Shown here: one piece after another, positions 11,488 to 23,360 of the stretch
Position numbering within the stretch: position 1 is the stretch's first letter
Layout: each line of letters begins with the position of its first letter
Assembly: GCF_000004825.1 (NCBI RefSeq)
Contig: NW_008805086.1
Span: forward strand, 965,410 to 1,029,409
Source: Heterostelium pallidum
Taxonomy: Eukaryota
DNA length: 64,000 bases
Direction of reading: 5' to 3'
The notes under the pieces: generated by a model
The model's database searches: none
Seen by the model: only the letters and a program-made list of their open reading frames with translations
Told to the model about the DNA's origin: nothing
Position numbers and translations under genes: made by a program

Positions 11488-12887
11488 TTTAAAATAAAAC
11501 TTAATTAAAATAACGAATCAAAAATCAAATATAAATAATTAAAAAGAATCACTAACTTTAAATTATTTTTTTTTTTTTAAAAAAAAAGCAAAACAACAAA
11601 AAAGCATAGCCACATGATAATAAGTATTAGTTTGATGCACCTCTTTAACAATATTTAATGATTAAATCTATAGATTGTTTTATTTTTTTCTTTATTATTA
11701 AATTTTAAATACATATATTGTGTTTTGTTTTTTAAATAACTCTCTTTTGATCCATGTATAACCACATGACCAACAGTCTACCTGTTTGTAGAATAATACC
11801 AAAGAGGTTACGAGGGGTCATAATGTTCACGAATTGATGAACATTATATTTCCTCGATATATTTTCTTTGACATTCGAAACAATGTTGAATTGCTCTAAG
11901 CATTATTAGTTAGCTAAAATAAAACCATTGGTTTTCACCAAATCTTGACAATAATTAAAAGGTTCACGTTTCTCAGCTGCTCTTCTCCTATAGAATTCTC
12001 TGAATGATGATGATGGTTTAACCAGTCAGTTAATTAAAGTTGTTTAAAAGTGAAAAAATAAAATAAATCTATATCTTTATAAATATTACATCCACTATCC
12101 TTTTTAGCCAATCTATGATTACATGTGCTTGTTTATATGTTTATTTTACTTTTTAGTTGAGCAATAGAACTAATTCTGTTATTGAACTCAAACTTTGTAA
12201 TTGTTTCTGTTATTGAAACGCATGCTAATCGGTCATTGTCCAGTAATTAACCTTTATTTACTAATTTACTACATCTCGTATATCTTGGTGATAAATATTC
12301 AAATAATAATTAAATTATAACTATATTTTAAAAGAATGAATTAAGATGTCTGTTTTCTTTTGTTTTGAATGCAAAAAAAAAAAAAACCAATCCCAAAAAA
12401 TAAATAAAAAAAAAAGTTATTTTCAAATGATCCAAACTAACTTGGATATTAGAAAAAGAATCTTTTTTTTTCTTTATCCTCGATTCTTGGTAAAAAACTT
12501 TTGGAATTAAGTTTTCAACCTCTTTTTTAATATGGAGAGAATTTGACTCATTACAACTAAACTATTCTTTTTTGTTTTGACAAAACCAAATTTTTTCATT
12601 TTAATTTTTTTACTTTACAAACCTTCAAAATAAAACAACAAATACAATCTTCAAATTTATTTAATAGTTACTATTTCTTTTTTTTTAATATTATATCTAT
12701 TCTTTTTTATTCTTTATCTTTTCTTTATATTATTATTTATTATTTATTTTATTTGTTTATATATAGTTTTATTAGTTCAAAGTTATTTATTTATAATTTT
12801 TATTTATTATTATTTATTTATATTTATATTTTTATTTATTTTCTATTTATTTTCTATTTATATATTTTTTTATTTATTTTATCAAAT

Positions 12888-14956
12888 ATGTCAACATATA
12901 AAACTATTAGTGATTTAAAACTAGAGGATTTTATCAATAATGAAACTTTTTCAAGTAAATCAAAACAAGAATCACAAGACGCAACCAATCTTCTTTTCCA
13001 TCTTCATAATATTATTCATAGTTTTTATTTAAAAAATATTAATAATTTAAATAATAGTAATTTTAATAATATATCTATTTATATAGAAAAGAATCTTAAT
13101 AATATAAACTCTAAAGATATCTATAATCAATCAGATTCAATAACAATCAATTATCAAACTTTACAATATATTGTAAATAGATTATGTAATAAAAAAGATA
13201 GAGATGAAACAAAAGGAATAAATAAAATATTGGGAAAGGGAGAAATATCTGTATTGGAAGTATATAAAAAAATATCTCTAGAAAATACAAAGTGAGTATC
13301 ATTAAAGTTTTAAAAATAAATTTTGTTTTAAAATCAAACTAATAATAATTTTATATCCAGGAAACAACTTAAGGTGTTTATTAAGGAATACAGGGAGAGT
13401 AAAGTTTTCCAATTATTACCAGTCGATCAAAACAGCAATTATGATACTACTCAAGTTGCAAAACAACTCACAACCAATATAGTAAATCACCTCTCAGTTC
13501 AACTTTCAAATCATATTAGAGATATAATGAAATTATACAATGCAGCAATTAAAGAGCTCCTTCCAGATCCAGAGATAGATCGTACAGAGACCCTTCGATT
13601 TCTTATTAAATACAACATTGTAAGTTTATTTTTTTATTATTTATCAATAATAGAAATATAATTAATATAGTTTTTTTTTTACAATTATTTTTTAGGCATC
13701 AATCTTACCAAATAAAGAAATTAATAAATTGTTGGCAGACAATAAGTTAGAAAATACAGATCCAACTGAGAATATTATAAGAATTATAAATAACAATTTA
13801 GATTATTCAACTCTCAACCTCAGCAAACTATACTCATTTTTTAATGGATATGATTTTGAAAAGCTTCAACAAATGGAGAAAGGTGTATTCACCAACAGCT
13901 GGAAATTTTTTTCAATTGGATTGGGCAGTGTTTTTTTTAAATTTCAAAAAAACATTGAGGAAATAGGTCATCAAGTGGAATTTGCACAGCTTGTTAATTC
14001 TCTGAACCAACATATCGAACATTCTAATTTATTACAAGGTATGTTTAAATATATTTATAATCATTTCTATTAATGATTAAAATTAACTTTTTTAATTATT
14101 TTTTTTTAATAAATAGTTGTAAAAGATGGTAAACAACTCTTGGATGTATTAGGCAAACAAGAAGAGCCATTGTTGGTAAACACGTCTGCTCCAAGAGATA
14201 TCAAATTTACCAACTCGGAAAGCCATTTGGTTATTTGGGTTCGATCAATCTTTAAGAATATCTCAAAATATGGAGATCAGAATTTGGATAAAATTCAAAA
14301 GAGATTATCGTTCTTTATACCAGCAGCACCAACCTCATCAACAACCACAACTGCAACTACTCCAACAACAACAACAACAAAAGTGAGTTTTTTCAATTGT
14401 AATTCCAAGAATCACGAGGCACTTGGATTGGCGAAGCCAACACCGGTAGTAGACAGATATCGAGATACAAATATTTGCAGTACATGTCAGTATCACACCA
14501 ATAACAGAAGAAAAGAAAATCGAAAAGACATTTTAGCAACAGATATAATTAAATCTTTAGGCGATTTGAAACAAGAAGATAATAGTAAAGTAAATCAACT
14601 TTTAGTTATAGTAAAGGATATAATAGTAGAAGTTTTTAAATCAGAGATAAATGACAATTATAATATAGATACTTTAATAGAGATATTAAAGATAGAAAAG
14701 GAGAAGTATGATCATCGCGATAGTAAAAAGAAAAACAAGAAGAATGAGAAGAAGAAAGAGAAGAAGAAGAAAAGCAAACAAAGTTTAAAAAATCTACAAC
14801 CACAACAACAACAACAACAACAACAACCACAACAACAACAACAACAACAACCAACAGTAATCAACAACCTTCTCTACGATCTATATTTGATGATAATGAT
14901 GATTTCGAATTTAAAAGTGATGATCCAATAGTAGCTACAACAACAACAGATTCAAC

Positions 14957-14992
<36 letters not shown>

Positions 14993-15744
14993 TTTAGAAG
15001 GATCAGACCAATCCTATCACCCAGAAGAAACCACTGCCAATGGTTTTTTTGATATCTTGAATTATTTCTCCCGAATGCCACTTCCATCAGGTAGCTCCAA
15101 AGATACTAGTGCTAGCCGTGCAGATCAATTGCAAGATCTGCAGATGACTGAAAAACCAATCTCTCCGTATTCTCTCAGTGAAGGACCACCGGATCCAGAT
15201 GTAATATTCGTATCAGACCACCTTGATTCAAAGGTTCACCAAAAGAGAAGGTTGAATGAGAATACCATATACTACGATATTAAAAGTTGCTCTTGGCTTT
15301 TTGTAGATCCATCCAACTCAAAGGATTTGTCTGATGAGCAGCTCCTATCAATCAAGGTGAACCGTATAAAGCAAATCCTACAACTTGGTAAAGGTACCTT
15401 CTTTCTTTGTGGTATAGCATTATGGAAACTTCTCCGAGTTCTTATCACGAATGAAGAGGTCAAGATCACCAATAGAGATCATTGGTATACATCAATGAAA
15501 TTGACTTGTAGCTTTGCCGGTCGCTCCATCACATTATTTCTGTTATCAGATCCTTGTCATTCATCAACAATAACAAAACAAGGATTCCAACATTATTCAA
15601 ACTGGAAAAAGGATACAGCTATAAATATCATCGACTCGGAGGCAAAACCAACTACAACCACCACCATCTCCAAATCTCCTCATATCAACAAAAGCAATAG
15701 AAATAGGAGATTGATATTTATCAATAACAAGGTTGTAGAGAGTG

Positions 15745-15780
<36 letters not shown>

Positions 15781-18700
15781 TTTCAACTCAATATTGTAGT
15801 GGTGATGATAAGATGATTCATGAAGATAAAGAAACATTAGGTACCGATCAATGTATGGAGGATGATGTCTCTAACGATACTTCAAATGAATCTATTATTT
15901 CAGCTAATGACCCACCAACACCAACCACTACTACCACTACCACTACTACCACTTCCACTTCCACTACTACTAATAATAATAATGACTATTACAAATTCTT
16001 TAATATTCGTAATAGATCAATGTCATTCACTCTATTTCCTAGTGTAGATTTGTAAGTATACTTTTTAATTATTCAAAGATCTAATATTCACTGACATTAA
16101 TTTTTTTTTATTTTTTTTTTTTTAAATAGATTTAATCCATTCAGTTTGATGTATTCTGCCAAAGACATTAGAAGAATCATCAAAGCCGAGGATGGTATGA
16201 CTGATATCCAAGTTATAAGATCTATTTTAAAAGTAGATTTCCTCAGGAGAATATTTGAAGCCAATCCGATCGATGTACATATCAGAACAAACGGTTATTC
16301 AGGTGGTGTTGTGTTTAAAAGCAAATCAAAAAAAGTTCAAAAACAATACGAATTGAGTAAGTTGATAGATATTTATAATCTAGTTTGTATTTTTTTTTTA
16401 CTAATCAATTTTTTTATTTTATTTTTTTTTAAAGTTGGTTTAAAAGACATAAAAGATAAAGAAGTACTTACTGAAGAACAATTTGAACAACTTGGTGTAG
16501 TAGTATGTGATCCAGCACCAAACCACAATGTTTGGTTAAATAACAAACATCCGTTTGCAAACGGTGATTATTCTTTCCGAAAGAATGTCATTGACGTGAA
16601 GTCTTCAACGCATCACTTTCAATCCGAGTCTGGTCTGAACAAACACAAAAAGAATAAGCTACTCGGTCACGATTTAATGAAATGGCAGTCTGACATACCT
16701 TCAGTCAAAGGTAATATCATTTTTCACAAGATTATCAAATTTTGTTTATCTTACTAACTATAAATACTATTTATTTTGATTTTTTTTTATCATAGGGTCC
16801 AGTACAAACAATATTACAGATCTTGTAATATATGAAAAACGATTGGAATTTATATTCAAATCGGTTTTTTTACCACCAGAACAAAGAAGTTCAGATATCA
16901 AACCATATGGTACTCTAAGGGCAGTCGGAGAAGAGAAAAAGAAAGAGCAACGAGTCTGCCTCTCAAACAACACCACCATTCCATATCACTCAAACCAGCA
17001 TAAATCCGTCTTCCATCAGTATCGACAATGTCATGGTGATGCGTGGCAAAAGGTTGATTTGGATCGATCGCGATCAAAGAAGCACAGTGAATCATTAAAT
17101 TCGAAAAAATTGTTCAACTTTGCATTGCAATCGATTCCTATCAAGCAGTTAACTCATGATCCAATGCAGATCGATTCCACCGATCCCAATGATCCAAAGC
17201 AGATCGACTCCACCGATTCCAATACTCCAAAGCGCGTGCCAAAGTTGGTATTCAAGGGTAACAATGTACCCATCCAATCCGACAGGGAATCATCTCAAGA
17301 GAAAAGTGGTGCCAATAAGATGAAGCTACGACGCGTTGGATCTCCCATCAAAGTGAGAAAAGTATATATTCACTTACTTCGAGAACACCTCGGCAAGCTT
17401 GACGATGGCTCACTGGAGCGATTCATGGATCGATTCAAATTTGTGCTAGATATAACCTATTTGCAAGATGATTTTACGAATCTACAGAAAGAAGCATTGC
17501 TAAAGTTCCTCAAGGATCACAAACTCGAGTTCCTCGAACCAATCGACGAGTCCAATGTACGATTAATTGATATACAGACTGCAATTCACTATTATGGAGT
17601 GGAGCTCATCCAACAAGCAATGGATATATGGAAATTCTTTAAGTTTACCGAACCATTGCCAGGTAATCAAGGTGTGGAAAAAGAAGTAGATTTCAAAGAT
17701 GGCATAAATAGAGTCGAACAAATTACAACAACTTTCAGGAACCAAGCGTTTCAAAAGTTTTGGTTCAGACGTATTCATTTCGAACGGTGCAAATGGCTAA
17801 AGGATCATGGAATTAAGATCATGCCAGATAGTGTCGGAGGTCACTGGATTAGACCAAATCAATCAAAAGTGGACGCCAATGAAGACAGTATTTACCAACT
17901 ATTACCAGTCTTTAACGGCTTGACAATTTTGGTCATGGTATCTAACGGTACAGATGAAGGAAAAAAGGTAGAAAGAACATTAATCGGTCGAATTAAATTG
18001 AATGGTGGAAAGTACACTAGGGATGTAAATGGCACATTCAACTTTATGGTTACTGACAAGAAAGATTGGGACAGCACACCAAACAAAAAGGCGAGAGAGA
18101 TCTGTAAGGTGAAGAATATTCCAGTAGTTTCCAATGCCACTTATATTACAGATTGCCTGAGACAACATGTGTATCTACCTCTACTATCGTATGATCTGTC
18201 GTCAGCTGCCAACACTACCAGTAGTGCTGCGAAGGTTTCACCAAGCAAGAAGAGTGGTTCCAAGACAGCTACCAACACTACCAGTAGTGATGCGAAGGTG
18301 ACACCAACCAACAAGCGTATCGACTCACCCGCTCCCTCCATACCGGATCTTCAAACAAAAAAGAAGTCCAAGAAGACCGACAATACCGACAAGAAGTCTA
18401 TCGATAGCGATGAAGACAAAGACAATCATCCGAAATCCCGAAAGAAATCAAGTAAGTAATTAACTATTTGTTATTTTTCAAATTAAAACAGTTCATTAAT
18501 ACCAATATAAACACTTTCATTCTTTATAGAGAATAAGAAAAGAGGTAGATGGAAGTGTTTATGTTGTGGAAAAACCAACAATTTCAAACGATTTACTGAT
18601 GTACATTACAAAGTTCTCCACTGCAATCACTGTTTATTGGTACACATCCCTTTTAAAGATCGAAAAGCTGCCAAAGAATCAGTTGATAAAACTAGAGTCG

Positions 18701-19431
18701 GTAAGTATCATAGTTGAAAAATAAAAAATAACAACTGTTTTTTGATTAATCTTTTTTTTTTCACACATTTAGTTATTGGTGCTGGTTGTGGTAATTTAAA
18801 TCATATTCAACGAATGAAAGGTGTGAAATATAGTCCTGCCACGGAAAGAATCACCGAATCTCTCCAAAGATACAGTTTCAGTGTTTCGAAAACAAACATG
18901 AAAATATCAATTTCCAACGAGTTCAATACATCACAAGTAGGTTTTAACTGTTTAATATCAATTGTTTTTTTATATTTTTACTAATAAAATAATTATTTTT
19001 TTTTAAATTTTTAGGTGTTTGGTCCAAACATCGATAAACTAGAAAATGACTTTGTTTCAGCAATCAACAAACCAGTTTCAAACGAGTGGACGCAGGCAAA
19101 GAAAGATGAAGAGCTCCATTCGTTATATAACCTAGCCAAGGTCAAACCCCCAGGAGAGAGTAAATCATATAAACCAAAAGATACCAAGAGGGTATATAAC
19201 AAGTCATTCTCTGTTCGGTTGTACACTGGAAACGATGACCAAGGCCAGCCTAAAGATATTTTTATCAATAGAGATATTCTTGCATGTACAAACATGATGG
19301 CAATTGCTAAGGCCTATTTTTGTGGAAAGCAACGTCCACAACTTTTAGCACCATTCACCAGTCAACCTATTATTAATACCCCGGGCAAGGAATGTCCACG
19401 ACAAAATTTGATTTCTGCGTTTACGCAGTAA
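12888..19431 (+). CDS. Giant multi-exon gene (about 1,950 codons) with a C-terminal TnpB/Fanzor-like split RuvC nuclease module and a BRCT-like insert; contains one unresolved frame break
   Basis: Hand-derived exons: 12888-13291, 13361-13619, 13696-14038, 14117-~14850 (frame 1), ~14850-16051 (frame 0), 16130-16356, 16435-16710, 16796-18451, 18530-18700, 18773-18936, 19015-19431. All junctions are GT..AG and phase-consistent except the frame switch inside 14748-14931. RuvC-I is LGVVVCDPAPNHNVW (D codon 16508-16510). RuvC-II is ISISNEFNTSQ (E codon 18919-18921). RuvC-III is DIFINRDILACTNMMAI (D codon 19273-19275). Confidence 0.6.
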
Positions 19432-19827
19432 GTATTGAAATTTTTTTTTTTAAAAAACAAAAAGCACAATTTACTAATTTTTTTCTGTTTTTCAAGAGAA
19501 TAAATCAAATGCTATAAAAAATATTAATTTGTTTTATTTAATTAATTTTCATCTGAGTTTAAATTTAATTAAACTTAAGTGTAATTTTCCAAAAGAATGT
19601 ATTATTATTACTCTCAATATGAAAACCATCTTTATATTTTATATAGAAAGATTTATCTTTATTAACTCAAGATCAATACATTATAATGAAAAAAGACTTG
19701 CTCCAAACCAGAAAAGATTGTAGAGTGGTAATAATAAATAAATACTGTTTTATTACAAAATAAATAAAAGCATCATTAATTGAATTTTTAGAAACCAAGA
19801 ACATAAAAACCTGGTATAGTTTTTTTT

Positions 19828-21269
19828 TTATGGAAGACATGCACATTTGACACCTGTGACATCAAAGATAACTGGGAATTTACCGACGGTAACAGTTGCA
19901 GTGCAGTCAAAACCAACACAGGTCCATTTGAATCCAGAGTTTACCCATTGACCATCCATGTTAGCGTATGGTGTGGTGTACCAGACTTTGACTAGATCGA
20001 GTGGAACCACCGATTGTGTGGTGAGAGTGGTTGTGACGGTGGCAGCATTGTTCGATGACCAGGCAGAAATGACTCTGTGTTGAGCACCACCAGTCAAGTT
20101 ACGGTAGAATGCCAGCTTGTAGAGCGAACCCGATGCCAAGACACTCTTGGTGGCGTCGTAGGTGTAGTTGGAAATGAATGGTGTTATCGACTTCATTGTG
20201 AAGTACGCTGGCTTTGGTGACCAATTGTGATCGAGCAAACCAAAGTTGTGCTCACGATCGTAAAAGTCGACACCGTCATCAAAGATATCGTACCACCACA
20301 TACCCTTGATGTTTGGAATGACACGTGCCAAGAAGTAGACTCTAGCCAAGTAGGCAGCTTGAATCTCAAGGGTGGATCCACAAGTCGATGGATGCGATGA
20401 TGGCCATGTCATTTCGGTGATGTACAATGGAGTGGCTACACCATTTCTGAGACCAGTCCATCTTGTGTTTGTTAGGTTGACCCAACGGAACCAAACCTCC
20501 GGAGTGTTGTCGGTACCACCACAAAAATTGTATGGATGGATCGAGAGACCATCGACCTTTGTAGCTAAACCTTGTTGAATGACACGGTCACCAAATAATT
20601 GGTCCATACCATCAGAGGTAATACAACCACCAAGAATCTTGGCATTTGGATCGTTAGCTCTAATAACTGGAATTGCTGCATTGGCCAATTGCATATAGTG
20701 AGTTGCAGTATTTGGATTTCCTGGATCATCTAAATCCCACTCATTCCCTATATATCAACAATTTTATAAATATTTTAGTAATTACTATTTGTGAATTATT
20801 TTATAATAATAATTTACTTACAAACTTCATAGAATTGAACTTTTCCTTTGTATTTGTTTACAACCCATTGGACATAGTTGGTAAAGGCAACTGTGATATT
20901 GGTACCTTGTGGTTTCTGGCCGTTGTTGTAATGTTGATTTCCATTACCGAGGATGAACAACTTGCTGAGCGATGTTCTTGGTTGGAGAGCAACCATAAAG
21001 TCATTGAACTCGTAGATCTCGGTTAATTGACCCTTTACAAACTCGACAGAACTCCAGTATGGTGTGTCACGCACCGATGCCAATCCAGCTCCGATGGCAG
21101 CATCCAATGGTGGCGTAACAGTGGTAAGCGAGACAGGTGGTGACATCAAGTGGGTGCACACACCAACAATGAAATCGTTATCTCCATTCACAATGAGTGT
21201 TGAACTCAATGAAAGAATAAAGATAACAGATAATACCGATAGCTTAAAGATATTATTATTTTTATTCAT
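19828..21269 (-). CDS. Secreted clan GH-A (TIM-barrel) glycoside hydrolase with a C-terminal beta-sandwich-like domain; family not assignable by eye
   Basis: Two exons, 20822-21269 and 19828-20747, separated by a 74-nt phase-1 intron. There is an N-terminal signal peptide (MNKNNNIFKLSVLSVIFILSLSS). Splicing restores the acid/base motif FYEVW|NEWD, and the nucleophile-type motif is LYITEMTWPS. Confidence 0.85.
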
Positions 21270-22367
21270 ACTTTTTAATTAAATAAAGTAGTTTGAGATT
21301 TAATTCCCATGATCATGATTTTCTACAAATTTATAGCCTATGACTTGGAATGGAATCAATCAAATTGAACCACCCCAAATCGTGTCGGTTTGCATCAATC
21401 CCGTTGCTCATGGTTTGCGTAACAAGATACTTTCCCCTTTCCGAGCTTGAGATAGGGGTTCTGCAAAAATTTGGTGGCGTTTTACAAAAAATCTTCATTC
21501 TAACAAAAATCTTATAGCGTCAAAACAAAACAACTAAATTCATATAAAAACAGGGATTAGTTTTAATCGATATTAATGAATAATATATGATCAAATAAAA
21601 ATAATGATATAGATATTTACAAATAATAAGATTGAACTAAATTTTAGTCTTATTTTGGTAATTTATTTTGCTGAATATAATCATAATTGTTTATGCTTTG
21701 AATGATGTTGACATTATTGACAACTTGACATATTAATTGTTATTTTTCAAAGAATGAATATGATGATCTTTGGATGAGAAGATCGATATTTTTTATTTAT
21801 TTTTTAACAATACCAGTAATTACAAAACATGATTATTTTTTTATTATTATTATTTATTATTTAATTGGTTATAATTTATGTTTTTATTTTACTTATTTTT
21901 TTTTCAATTTTAAAAAGATCACTTAAAAGTCACCTATAGGAACATGTGAAAAATTATTTGTTGGTTGCTAATCACAATTTTGGGGAAACGAATAAAAATA
22001 AAGATATTCCTTTTTTTTTTTTTTTTTTTGAATCTATTATTTTTTATTTGAATAATTCAAACACAATTTGTAGAAAATCCCTCCAAAAATTTGAAAATTT
22101 GAATTTTTTAGAACCGTTTTTATTTTTTTTTATTAAAATTCATTGATAGTGATTGCTCACAAAGTTACCAAAATTTATACAAAAAATTAAATAATTTTAT
22201 ATTATTACATTATTACTTTTTTTTAAAAAAATTAAAGCTAGAAAAAGAATTTCGATAAAATAATAATAATAATAATAGATAAACAACATAACAATTGTAA
22301 AATATAAAAAAAACAAAAACAATAGAATTTAATAGTAGCTACTTGTAATAGGAAGCGGTGAGAAGAA

Positions 22368-23231
22368 ATGTCATTAGCAGTTGTACAACAATTATATAAT
22401 CTATCAGTTGATCCAGATCATAGAGAGATGATCGTCAAGGATCAAGGATGTCTACCGGCTTTGGTGTTGTTCCTCTCGTCTACGGAGGAGGGTGTCGCCA
22501 AGACATCGATTGACACGCTCGAGTTGCTCTCACAGAACCAAGCCAACAAAGATCACATGCTTCGCGAACCAGCTCTACTCTCATCACTGAAATCTCTACA
22601 AGAAAAAATAGAATATAAAGATACAATTTTAAAGATTATAAACAGATTAGAAGTAACAACAAATGATAATATAAATAATAACAGCAAGAGCAATAATATC
22701 AATTTGAATAATAATATAAATAATTTCACAACAACACCATCAAATAAACCTGCCACATCATTTTCAGTTTTGGTGGGTGATAAATTTGGAACTGGTGGTT
22801 CGAAAGTTGCTACCAATAGCAATGCCAATGCCAAAACAATCATTTTGTTCATCAAGGGAATGAACAACGAGTCGTCAAAGAAGCAGGTCGAGGACTGTCT
22901 GTTGCGTACCAAGGGTGTTATCTCGTTCATGATCGACCTCAACACCTACCAGGCCACCATTCGTTGTACTATCACCGCCGATGAGATCAAAGCGGTGCTT
23001 CGTTACCAACTCGGTCTCTCGGCATCGCTGATGATCGATGGTCGCGAAGAAGTAGACAACTCACCCGACTATCTCCCAGAGGACAACCCGGCATTTGCCA
23101 ACCAGCCAAAGAGATCTGCATGGGGATGGAACTCCATTGTCTCATTCGGTATCTCCAACGACACCAACAACAACAAACAACCACAAGGAAACTGGGGTTG
23201 GGGTTCCATTTCCAAAGCACTGTTTGGTTAG
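22368..23231 (+). CDS. armc1: Armadillo repeat-containing protein 1 (ARMC1) homologue with an HMA-like domain
   Basis: The 287-aa ORF matches ARMC1 landmarks as I remember them: IVKDQGCLPALVLF, an HMA-like KTIILFIKGMN..KGVISFMIDL..ATIRC, and the C-terminal SPDYLPED. Confidence 0.8.
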   Translation: MSLAVVQQLYNLSVDPDHREMIVKDQGCLPALVLFLSSTEEGVAKTSIDTLELLSQNQANKDHMLREPALLSSLKSLQEKIEYKDTILKIINRLEVTTNDNINNNSKSNNINLNNNINNFTTTPSNKPATSFSVLVGDKFGTGGSKVATNSNANAKTIILFIKGMNNESSKKQVEDCLLRTKGVISFMIDLNTYQATIRCTITADEIKAVLRYQLGLSASLMIDGREEVDNSPDYLPEDNPAFANQPKRSAWGWNSIVSFGISNDTNNNKQPQGNWGWGSISKALFG

Positions 23232-23295
23232 ATTAAAAATGATAATATTATCAATATTTAATATTAAAACAATCAAAATCAATTAACAACTAAAC

Positions 23296-23296
23296 C

Positions 23297-23360
<64 letters not shown>

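Noticed and set aside
12753-12887. Upstream extension of the first RuvC-gene ORF (MFIYSFISSKLFIYNFYLLLFIYIYIF..)
   Set aside because: It comes from an alternative start in pure AT-rich repeat DNA. The real start is more plausibly ATG 12888 (MSTYKTISDLK..).
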